From a virus (taxonomy: Duplodnaviria; Caudoviricetes): a stretch of 34,694 bases of DNA. Below, piece after piece: positions 26,291 through 33,852 of this stretch; the stretch's first letter is position 1; every line of letters begins with the position of its first letter. The notes under the pieces are model-generated. The model worked only from the letters and a program-made list of their open reading frames with translations, did not search any database and was not told the DNA's origin. The DNA is taken from the IMG/VR virus record IMGVR_UViG_3300048598_000499, positions 1 through 34,694 of that record, one strand, 5' to 3'. Both the position numbers and the translations under genes were made by a program.

Positions 26291-26336
26291 GCCTAACATT
26301 AGCTATACGGGTCGGTATAACTAACCGGCGTTATCT
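26291..26336 (-). repeat. Degenerate attC-like site F overlapping the terL stop codon
   Basis: AGATAAC GCCGG TTAGTTATAC CGACCC GTATAGCTAA T GTTAGGC. The terL TAA is inside AGATAAC. Confidence 0.5.
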
Positions 26337-27776
26337 TCCGAGCGGGTCGTAGTCGGCCGCTCTCTCTGTCTGTGTATTCTCAAACTGCCGTATGTAATAC
26401 TCCGGGTGGATCGCCATTTCGCTCATAGATGCATACCGGCTCTCGTCGTATATATGATCCTCAAGCCTGGTATCCACGTCCTCCGGGTTATTAGGATCCG
26501 GAGTAAGAGCAGGAACAGTCCGCACGAACTCAGTGCAGCCTGTCCATACCGTAAGCATGGGTATGCCGTTCTCGTCAGTGTTCTCAAGCATCTGGTTGAA
26601 GTGCACAAGCCCGTTGATGCGGTCGTTGTTCGCCGGCTGCACGCGCCACCCCGCGCTCTCGAAATTCTTCGCCACCGTCTCGTGGTCGTCGTCCGTCGAG
26701 TAGCACTTCGGATCCACAACGATGTCGCGAACTCCCTCCGTGACAGCCTTCTCCCACGCCTCGGCTGCAAGCACGTCGCTGCCTTTCTTGATGCCCGTGT
26801 TATACTCAGGAGCCGGCTTGCATCCGTACCACTCGCGGTACTTCTCCATGCGCCCCTCGGCGTTGACCGCCCACCAGCCCAGCGAATAGGGCTTGCCCCA
26901 TCCCCAGTCAAGCGCGCAGAATTTAAACCAGTACCTTGAGTCAAGCACATGCGGCCGTATGACGTGCTTATCAGCGTTGAACACCTCAAACATATTTCCC
27001 TCGTAGTCAGTCCAGTTGCCGTAGAGCATCGCGGCACGCAGGTGAGCCGGAAGCCCCGCAAGAGTCGCGGCGTATGACGCGTCGCGGTTAAGATAGGGGT
27101 TGTCGCTCAGCCTGCTCGGTATGTAGCACGATGTTATGTCGTACTCGGCGCCGCCTTCCAGCACGATGTGGGACGCGTAGATGCGCATCGGCGTCTTGTC
27201 CTGCATGAAAGTGCGCCGTATCCATCCCTGCCCCGGTCCTCCCGGGTTTCCGGTTCCGCGCATGTAGCACGGGACGCATGCGGACGATCTGTTCCTCGAC
27301 CGCATGAATTCCCACGGATAGCTCGTCGGATAGTTGCCCATCTCGTCGAAGGCAATCCACGTGTACTCGTTGCCCTGGTAGTTCATCACGTCGCTGTCAT
27401 AGCGCAGGTACGCGATCTGCAGCGTCGCTCCGCTGGGAAGGATGTACACGTTCGTGCAGCCTTTGTACGTCTTCCGGAACTTCGTGCCCTCAGGAAGCAT
27501 CGCGTCGCACCGCCTGTATATCTGCCCGAACTGGTTCGTTGTCTGCCGGAAGATAATCCCGTGCCAGCCGTCTCCGTACTTCGCGGCTCCCTGCAGAAAG
27601 TCCGCTATCAAAAAATCCGTCTTGCCGCCGCCCGCCGCCCCTCCAAAAAAAAGCTCCTTCGCGGGACACCGAAGCGCTATGCTCTGCTTCGGAAGCGGAG
27701 TCCACTTGATCGGCCTGGAAGTTATCGTGTGGCTTCTGAGCCTGTACTCAAGGAGCGGCGGAAGAATCTGTTTCAT
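26331..27776 (-). CDS. terL: Terminase large subunit
   Basis: Walker A FFGGAAGGGKT, Walker B WIAFDE, TGNPGG coupling motif, nuclease ALDWG and EDHIYDESRY. Confidence 0.95.
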   Translation of the reverse strand: MKQILPPLLEYRLRSHTITSRPIKWTPLPKQSIALRCPAKELFFGGAAGGGKTDFLIADFLQGAAKYGDGWHGIIFRQTTNQFGQIYRRCDAMLPEGTKFRKTYKGCTNVYILPSGATLQIAYLRYDSDVMNYQGNEYTWIAFDEMGNYPTSYPWEFMRSRNRSSACVPCYMRGTGNPGGPGQGWIRRTFMQDKTPMRIYASHIVLEGGAEYDITSCYIPSRLSDNPYLNRDASYAATLAGLPAHLRAAMLYGNWTDYEGNMFEVFNADKHVIRPHVLDSRYWFKFCALDWGWGKPYSLGWWAVNAEGRMEKYREWYGCKPAPEYNTGIKKGSDVLAAEAWEKAVTEGVRDIVVDPKCYSTDDDHETVAKNFESAGWRVQPANNDRINGLVHFNQMLENTDENGIPMLTVWTGCTEFVRTVPALTPDPNNPEDVDTRLEDHIYDESRYASMSEMAIHPEYYIRQFENTQTERAADYDPLGR

Positions 27777-28447
27777 TCAGCCTTTCCGTCCTGCAGCTGC
27801 GTCTGCTCCTGCCTGTCCATCTCGGCGTTCCATGTCTCGGCCTTCTGCGCCGGGCTGTCGGACTCCTTCCCGTCCTTCGACGGAAGCTCGACAACCCCTG
27901 TGTCTTTCGCGGCCGGATTGCCGCGCCTGTCTCCGCGTCCTGTGCCCAGCCAGACCATGAGCAGCTTGGCGTACTTGCTCCGGTCTTCGAGCCGCACGAG
28001 CGTGTTGCCGAACATCGTCGTTATTCCCGCCACGCACTTCGCCTTCTCGCCCATATCGCCAAGCGGCTTGAGCAGCTGCCCCTTTTCGTTGATTATGTCC
28101 GCCGGATTGTACGTCGCGAGCAGCGTGCAGTCGTGTATGAGTCGGAACCCCGTGTCGAGATCCGCCTCCGGCTGTATCGCGTCGCGCAGAAGACCATACC
28201 CCCTTGCAACCTTGTCAGAACTTAACAGCCTCGATGCTCCTGTGTCGCACACGTCGTCCGCCGGATAGTATGTCTGCGCGCCGCCCGACGCATGCTTGGT
28301 GTATGCCTTGCGGTATGCCTTCCGCCCGTTCAGGAAGCAGTCGGGATCAGTCAGGTAATACACAAGAAAAGCCCGCTCCCTCGGCTTGAGCCCGTCGTCC
28401 CACTTCGGCTCTGCATCCGCCTCCGCACTGTTTTTTTTACGCGCCAT
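27773..28447 (-). CDS. terS: Terminase small subunit
   Basis: N-terminal HTH pattern LKPRERAFLVYYL..NGRKAYRKAY..GASRLL; coupled to terL. Confidence 0.8.
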   Translation of the reverse strand: MARKKNSAEADAEPKWDDGLKPRERAFLVYYLTDPDCFLNGRKAYRKAYTKHASGGAQTYYPADDVCDTGASRLLSSDKVARGYGLLRDAIQPEADLDTGFRLIHDCTLLATYNPADIINEKGQLLKPLGDMGEKAKCVAGITTMFGNTLVRLEDRSKYAKLLMVWLGTGRGDRRGNPAAKDTGVVELPSKDGKESDSPAQKAETWNAEMDRQEQTQLQDGKAE

Positions 28448-29778
28448 CAGCTGCTGTTCTCCTCGTCATGTTCGTTGTCAGCGTCTGCAAGTGCCTGCTC
28501 TGCAAGGCTTTCCGCACCCGCGCTGTGCTTTGATTCTACAGGCTTTCTGCCTGCGGCGTTATAAGCAGGCGCATCTGCGGACGGAGCAAGACTGTATATC
28601 ATGGCATCCCATGCGGCGGCCGACGACTCGGGAGACAGCACCTGCCGCGCCTTGACTGCCACCGGCACGAAGAACTCGCTGCGGAGCAGTACGGAAGGCA
28701 TCGGCACGACTCCCGGATGCGACTTGCCAAGCCACTGGACGAACGCCGAGCAGAACACAGATGCGACTACTCCGGCGCTGTTCTTGGTCTCTGAAAGCGC
28801 CGTGAATCGCTCCGCAAGCTCGTAAAGCGCGTCTTTTTCAGCGTTTTTCGCGTCATTTCCGCATATTTTCTGCATTTTTTGCTCAAAATTTGCCTTTAAA
28901 ACCTCAACAGCGGCCAGTTTTTTAGTGTCGTGGACAAAACCATGCGCCCTCTCTGTAATCTGTTTCTCTTTGATTTCTTCGTCCGCCACTGCGGACGATT
29001 CTCCGGGCGCTGTCGCGCACGGCTCTTCTGCCGCCACTGCGGCAGATCTCGGTGTTGTGTTTTGTACTGTCCTCTCCTGTTCTGTATTGTCTTGTGCTGT
29101 CGTGTCCTGTCCTGTGCTGTGTAGCGACGTTTCGACAGAAATTGTCGCGCTGTCGCTACATTTTGCGTCCGGCGCGGCGCAAAAAAAATCGCCGCCTGCG
29201 GGCGGCACGGAACCGTCGTTTCCGGGATCTTCCGGCGCGCCGGACTGCCGCAGGCTGTCAAGGTCAACGGCAGGCAGCCTCTGCGCGGAAGGCGCCGCAT
29301 GAGACGCCTGGGCCGACCGCCGGTTCATGTCGGTTATCTTACGCCGCGCCTCGTCAGCCACGTTTCGGGCGTAAACTTTCTGCGAGTTGCGGTCCACGAT
29401 GCGCTTCGCAACCGCGGCGCGGCGCTGCTCCATGCTCTGTGCGGGGCGCGCGTTGTACTGGCTGCCGTCGGCGACGTCTATCCAGTTGTATATAATGTAG
29501 ACCGTTGATTTTTCAATGACAGGAATTATCACGCCCGCGCTCTCCAGCGCGCGCCGCACTTTGTCCGCGGACTCGACGTCCGAAAAAGTCCGCAGCGCAA
29601 AAATGCGCCCGTCCTCCCAGTCGAAAGTTCCGTCGTCGTCAGCCATCATGTATGCGGCCATGTAAAAGGCAGGGACGAGAGGACGCAGCTCTTTCTCAAG
29701 GCTGTATGCCGCCATCTCGCATCTGTCGTCGCGTATCACGTTGCGGGGCATCTTACGCCACCATAGTCCGTCGCTCAA
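28447..29778 (-). CDS. Putative replication initiator / replisome organizer
   Basis: GGAGG RBS plus TTG. N-terminal WWRKMPRNVIRDD..MADDDG..YIIYNW (wHTH-like), a low-complexity linker with pentamer repeats, and a helical C-terminal domain. Confidence 0.6.
   Translation of the reverse strand: MSDGLWWRKMPRNVIRDDRCEMAAYSLEKELRPLVPAFYMAAYMMADDDGTFDWEDGRIFALRTFSDVESADKVRRALESAGVIIPVIEKSTVYIIYNWIDVADGSQYNARPAQSMEQRRAAVAKRIVDRNSQKVYARNVADEARRKITDMNRRSAQASHAAPSAQRLPAVDLDSLRQSGAPEDPGNDGSVPPAGGDFFCAAPDAKCSDSATISVETSLHSTGQDTTAQDNTEQERTVQNTTPRSAAVAAEEPCATAPGESSAVADEEIKEKQITERAHGFVHDTKKLAAVEVLKANFEQKMQKICGNDAKNAEKDALYELAERFTALSETKNSAGVVASVFCSAFVQWLGKSHPGVVPMPSVLLRSEFFVPVAVKARQVLSPESSAAAWDAMIYSLAPSADAPAYNAAGRKPVESKHSAGAESLAEQALADADNEHDEENSS
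29063..29121 (-). repeat. Degenerate pentamer repeat (ACAGN-like, about 12 units) in the initiator linker
   Basis: ACAGC ACAGG ACAGG ACACG ACAGC ACAAG ACAAT ACAGA ACAGG AGAGG ACAGT ACA. Confidence 0.7.
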
Positions 29779-29796
29779 TTGTCTTTCCTCCCGTTT

Positions 29797-30045
29797 TCAG
29801 TCATCCTCTTCTTTTACCGGTCTCAGCATCCTGTACAGCCCCGGAACGACGTCATACAGCGTGTACCGCACCGACAGCGTGTCTATCACGTGAGCGGCGC
29901 TCCTCATGCTCACTCCCGCGCGCTCGGCAATCTCCCTGTTGGTCACGGAGCGGCTGCCGATCCACACGGCGAGTGCGTGGTGGTCTACCAGTGTCTGCGT
30001 TCTCTTGTGCTGCGCGCCGGGAAGGACAGGGTTCCCGGATATCAG
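29797..30045 (-). CDS. Winged-HTH coding segment in the -1 frame of the ParB-like ORF (frameshift extension or CTG start)
   Basis: LISGNPVLPGAQHKRTQTLVDHHALAVWIGSRSVTNREIAERAGVSMRSAAHVIDTLSVRYTLYDVVPGLYRMLRPVKEEDD*. It fills the gap exactly and has no ATG or RBS before the HTH. Confidence 0.7.
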   Translation of the reverse strand: MISGNPVLPGAQHKRTQTLVDHHALAVWIGSRSVTNREIAERAGVSMRSAAHVIDTLSVRYTLYDVVPGLYRMLRPVKEEDD

Positions 30046-30051
30046 TTTTTT
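30017..30051 (-). promoter_or_regulatory. Candidate -1 programmed ribosomal frameshift signal
   Basis: A AAA AAC (30051-30045) sits immediately before TGA, followed by a 6-nt spacer and the stem CCGGGAA-N8-TTCCCGG. Confidence 0.6.
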
Positions 30052-31859
30052 CCGGTTCTTTTTCCTTCCTTTTTCAGCACGTCAAGCGCGGACTCTTCAC
30101 CGGTGTCTTCATCATCACCGGATTCGACACCGTCATCATCAGTGCCATCGTCATTTCCTTCTTCACTGTTCTCGTCGTCATACGGCCCGGTATCCTCTGC
30201 GGAGGGGTGCAGCACGTCGTGCACAGCTTCCTCCATGATCTCGTCCAGTGCATGCTCAAGGCAGTCACCGCGGATATCCCTGTACAGCATGGCGGAAATG
30301 TCCGGCTCTTCCCCTTCGCCGGGTTCTTCTCCCGGGAGCGGAAGACTGAGCTGCCCCAGCCCGATCATGATGAGCGTTTCCTCAAGCAGCTGCGGATAGC
30401 CGGGGGAACTGACCCTGTCCGGATCCATAAGATACGAGTAGATGAATTCCTCATCGTCCGGCGCCGTATGCTCTTGCCGGAATTCAGTTATTCCGGGGAA
30501 ATAGCTTTCAAGCTGCTCGGGGTCGGCCGTTGCGCGCGCGATCGCGGCGGCGCAGAAAGCGGGGTTCGTCCGGCTGTGGCACCACGATGCGGCGATCTCC
30601 CTGCCGCACCGCTCGCCGTATCTGTTCTTTATGTCACGGGTTTTGCAGTCCCAGTTTTTGTTTTTAAGCTCATCGGACACAACCTTGTTCTTCTCGCCGT
30701 CCGGAAGCGAGCTGTAGATGCGGTCAAGCTCCTGCTTTCTTTCTCCGGCATCCGCGGATTCTTTCTGCTCGCGCCACAGCTTCTCCGATGCCTTGAGCAC
30801 CATCTCCGCGCTTTCGAACTCACCGTCAGTGCACTCATAGCCCTGAGAGTATCTGACGCCCTTGATTATCAGTTTATTCTGCCTGTAGAAAGCCTTTTCC
30901 TCCGGGCTGCAGTATCCCTTGCCCGGTCCGATCTGCGACACATTTCCCGCCGCGACTGTCTTGTACTTTATGCCGCCTAATTCCAGTGTCTCTCCCGCCT
31001 TCGCCGGAGCGTCACCGGCCTGTGACGGAAGTTCCGACTGCATTACAAGCACCGGATTTCGCTGTTTGGCGTCAATCGGCGCAGCGTACTTCTTCCACTG
31101 GTCCTGCACAGCGAGACGCCACTGCGCGTAGAAGCACTTCGCGTCAAGGCATACGTCCTCAGGGACGGCCATGTCGGGAAACAGGGTCTCGTCGCTGTAC
31201 CGCGTTCTTTCCGTGCACAGCCCGCATCTTGCAGGCGCCGCGTACTTACGCCCGAGAGCGCAGCCGCACACCGAGGCGACGGCCTGCGGCAGAATGAAAT
31301 TAAGCCCTGCGGTTCTGTTCTTTATCTTCAGGAAAATCTGCTTCTGCACTTCCTGCGGGAACTCGCCCGCTATAACCGCCGTCCCGCAGTCCAGTTCCTT
31401 CGACTTTATGAGCCCCTTGAACTCCGGTATAAGCCCGGCGAGCTTCGAGCGCTGGTATACCTGCGCCCGCGTGCGGCAGAAGACGGATGCTATCTCGTCG
31501 ACCGGAGTCTTAGCGTCGAGCATCTTTCTGAATACAGTACCCTCATCGAGCGGGCTCATCGGCTCGCGCGCCGTGTTCTCGGACAGGCTCAGCGCATCCT
31601 CGTCCTCAACTTCTCCTGCGTCATATACCCGCGCCCATATCTCCGGCCACTTGAGCAGGCGGAAAGCCTCGAGACGCCGCCGTCCCGCGATCACCCGGTA
31701 AGACACGGCGCCGCTCACTTCCTCCGCCACTGCGTGCACCGGGTTGATCTGCCCGTGCTCCAGGATGTTGCGAGCGAGCGCCGCCAGGTTGCCCTGTCCG
31801 CCGTCCGCCCTGTCGTCGTCATAGTGCGCGCTCGCGCACGGAATCATCATCTCTTTCAT
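30042..31859 (-). CDS. ParB/RepB/Spo0J-family protein
   Basis: LARNILEHGQINPV, YRVIAGRRRLEA, LSENTAREPMSPLDE, an HTH, a Cys cluster CGLC..CLDAKC, and a strongly acidic C-terminus. Confidence 0.85.
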   Translation of the reverse strand: MKEMMIPCASAHYDDDRADGGQGNLAALARNILEHGQINPVHAVAEEVSGAVSYRVIAGRRRLEAFRLLKWPEIWARVYDAGEVEDEDALSLSENTAREPMSPLDEGTVFRKMLDAKTPVDEIASVFCRTRAQVYQRSKLAGLIPEFKGLIKSKELDCGTAVIAGEFPQEVQKQIFLKIKNRTAGLNFILPQAVASVCGCALGRKYAAPARCGLCTERTRYSDETLFPDMAVPEDVCLDAKCFYAQWRLAVQDQWKKYAAPIDAKQRNPVLVMQSELPSQAGDAPAKAGETLELGGIKYKTVAAGNVSQIGPGKGYCSPEEKAFYRQNKLIIKGVRYSQGYECTDGEFESAEMVLKASEKLWREQKESADAGERKQELDRIYSSLPDGEKNKVVSDELKNKNWDCKTRDIKNRYGERCGREIAASWCHSRTNPAFCAAAIARATADPEQLESYFPGITEFRQEHTAPDDEEFIYSYLMDPDRVSSPGYPQLLEETLIMIGLGQLSLPLPGEEPGEGEEPDISAMLYRDIRGDCLEHALDEIMEEAVHDVLHPSAEDTGPYDDENSEEGNDDGTDDDGVESGDDEDTGEESALDVLKKEGKRTGKN

Positions 31860-32131
31860 TTTTTCAGCTCCTTTGCTTTCTCAAGAATAAAATTCGGGAT
31901 GCACGGCTCATGCCGCTCGACCCTGACGATCTCACCGCCGAAAACTTTTTTCAGAATGTGAACATCTAGCGGAACCGGTATCTCCGCGCGCTCGATGCGC
32001 GCGATTTCCTTCACACTGTAGTAAACGCCGTCCTCCGTTTTCATGTCGTACAGAGCGTCCGGAATCACCTCGCGCACGACAGCGCTCATCGCGAGCGTGC
32101 TGCTCTGCATTTTCCAGCACCGCTGCGCCAT
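31856..32131 (-). CDS. Hypothetical protein
   Basis: 91 aa with coupled start/stop overlaps on both sides. Confidence 0.65.
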   Translation of the reverse strand: MAQRCWKMQSSTLAMSAVVREVIPDALYDMKTEDGVYYSVKEIARIERAEIPVPLDVHILKKVFGGEIVRVERHEPCIPNFILEKAKELKK

Positions 32132-32238
32132 CAGACAGCCCCGGCAATCACTGACGCAGTGAGCGCGAGTATGCAGGCCGCAAGCGCCGTCGCGGCAGCC
32201 ATGAGCGCAAGCTCCTTCATCTTGTAACAGTGTTTCAT
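32131..32238 (-). CDS. 35-aa hydrophobic (single TM) peptide, not in the ORF track
   Basis: MKHCYKMKELALMAAATALAACILALTASVIAGAV*; ATGA overlap upstream and TGATG overlap downstream. Confidence 0.6.
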   Translation of the reverse strand: MKHCYKMKELALMAAATALAACILALTASVIAGAV

Positions 32239-32501
32239 CCCATGTCCCCCAAATTTTTAAGGTCTTCGTCGCTGTAGTGCCTGCCCGGCGGCACGGAAAT
32301 TTTACTGAGCAGCCCGAGCGTTTCCACTGCTGTCCTGTTCATGGCCATGCAGGACTCGTTGCTTCTCCGCAGCGCGGAGAGCACCTGCGCCGCGCTGTAT
32401 CTTGCCAGCGCAAGATCATTGCGCAGCGAGGCGGCCTCGTTCTGCAGGTTTTTCCGCTCCGCAAAATATTTTCGTTTTGTCATTACGATTAATCCGAACA
32501 T
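32235..32501 (-). CDS. Hypothetical coiled-coil protein
   Basis: GAGG before ATG at 32501; MFGLIVMTKRKY followed by a heptad-like segment. Confidence 0.6.
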   Translation of the reverse strand: MFGLIVMTKRKYFAERKNLQNEAASLRNDLALARYSAAQVLSALRRSNESCMAMNRTAVETLGLLSKISVPPGRHYSDEDLKNLGDMG

Positions 32502-32602
32502 ACTCGCCTCGATGCTGCCCGCGTGTTCCGCACGGGCGCGGAAGAACAAATCATAGAATCTGATATGCTCCCCCGTACGGGGGAACCCGCCCCGGAGGGC
32601 GA

Positions 32603-32670
32603 TGGGAACCGCAGGAGTCGGACCCGCGGCGGGATAAGGAGAGAGATAAAACCCGCATGCCGGTGTTCCC
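32603..32670 (-). ncRNA. tRNA-like structured RNA with an anti-SD loop (candidate)
   Basis: Closing stem GGGAAC/GTTCCC-A, T-arm CGCGGG-TCCGACT-CCTGCG, and an internal stem GCGGG/CCCGC with loop TTTTATCTCTCTCCTTAT. Confidence 0.5.
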
Positions 32671-32712
32671 TTGTGCCCGCGATGCTGCGCAGGCGGCAGA
32701 TTCCGAAGGAGG

Positions 32713-32937
32713 TTATTTCCCGGATTTAGCCTTCCGGGAAGGCGCTTTTTTCACGGTTTTCTTTGCTTTTGCAGTTTTTTTGGTGAGCCCGCTGATGTCG
32801 TAAAGAGCCGGGACAGGAGCCATGCGCTTGATCTTGCGCTCTCTTCCGAGGCGCTGGATGTGGTCCGTGCTGTAGCCGGTGAGCTTTGACGCTGTGGCGA
32901 GCGTCACGTAGCGGGCAGCCTTCTTCTCGCTTTTCAT
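32713..32937 (-). CDS. Excisionase-like HTH DNA-binding protein with a basic K/A tail
   Basis: YVTLATASKLTGYSTDHIQRLGRERKI; GGAGG RBS. Confidence 0.75.
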   Translation of the reverse strand: MKSEKKAARYVTLATASKLTGYSTDHIQRLGRERKIKRMAPVPALYDISGLTKKTAKAKKTVKKAPSRKAKSGK

Positions 32938-33045
32938 GTTTCCTCCGAATAAAAAACCGGGGCTTGGACTTTCGCCGTGCGCCGGGGCCGGAGAGCCCGG
33001 GCGCTTGTATTGGTGTCCCTCCCGCCGGATCAGGATTCTGATAGG

Positions 33046-33345
33046 TTATCTCCGCTCTGTTTGGCGGACGTCATTATTTCCAGCCCGTACGGGCAAGGAT
33101 TTCCCTTTATTCGCGCCGCTTCCGGCGCTCATTGCGGACAGCCTTCTGTCGGCATCGGCGGCGAGCTCCGCCGATGTGCTTACCCTGCTTTTTCGTATGT
33201 ATTTCTCAAGCTCGTCAACGTCGAACCGCAGGTTCTTGTTGCCGCACGGCGCGTAGTACGGTATCTCGTGCCGGTACGTCTTGTTGTGCAGGGTCTTAAC
33301 TGTGCAGCCGAGCATCGCCGCGGCTTCCTTCGTTCCTATGAACAT
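33046..33345 (-). CDS. Excisionase-like HTH_17 DNA-binding protein
   Basis: IGTKEAAAMLGCTVKTLHNKTYRHEIPYY...LRFDVDELEKYI; AAGGAG RBS before ATG at 33345. Confidence 0.85.
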   Translation of the reverse strand: MFIGTKEAAAMLGCTVKTLHNKTYRHEIPYYAPCGNKNLRFDVDELEKYIRKSRVSTSAELAADADRRLSAMSAGSGANKGKSLPVRAGNNDVRQTERR

Positions 33346-33372
33346 ACGCGCTCCTTGAAAATTAATAATCCT

Positions 33373-33408
33373 AAAAAAAAGGCGGCACTGCCTGTCCGCA
33401 ATGCCGCC
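33373..33408 (-). terminator. Intrinsic terminator upstream of the xis-like gene
   Basis: GGCGGCATTGC-GGACAG-GCAGTGCCGCC-TTTTTTTT. Confidence 0.8.
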
Positions 33409-33852
33409 CGCTGCATTTTTAACTGCAGTAGATAAAAAGCAGCCGCAACCGGACAGGTCTTGCCGCCGCTCTTCCGTCCGCCTCACGGCGGTCTGCGCTG
33501 CGCGGGCGTATGAGCGGTACGCCCCGCAGCAATGTAGGAATGATATTTCCGCGCCTGCTCAAAGCGCGGAGACCAAGCGGGAGGAATCCGCTGTAATCCA
33601 AAGTGACCCGGGATGCGGATTGGGGCCGCACACCGGGGAACTGCTGTAAAAAGCAATCCGCACCCCCAATGCAGCGCATTGCTCTCGCACCCCGTCCGTT
33701 TGACTTTCCTCACGGGCGGGCGTAATATGGAAAAAGGCGCGCGGACGGAACCAAGTTGTAAGGGCTGATTCCGTGCCGGGTCTCAAACCCTGAAACAGTA
33801 ATTTCCTCTAAGGCGATTCTGTTTCAGGTACCTGGCCGGCAGATCCGGGTGA

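Larger units (their letters stand above)
25076..26336 (-). mobile_element. Integron-type gene cassette array (cluster of attC sites with no integrase in the window, CALIN-like)
   Basis: Six imperfect palindromes bounded by ..AAC / GTT.. plus one half site. All are co-oriented with the minus-strand ORFs between them. GC is lower than in the flanking terL. Confidence 0.85.

Noticed and set aside
25076-26336. CRISPR array interpretation of the repeated palindromes
   Set aside because: The repeats differ in sequence and length, the gaps range from 0 to ~270 bp and contain ORFs, and no cas genes are present. The anatomy fits attC.
32603-32670. Canonical tRNA gene
   Set aside because: No D arm, an 18-nt loop instead of a 7-nt anticodon loop, TCCG rather than TTCG, and no CCA. 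Kept only as tRNA-like.
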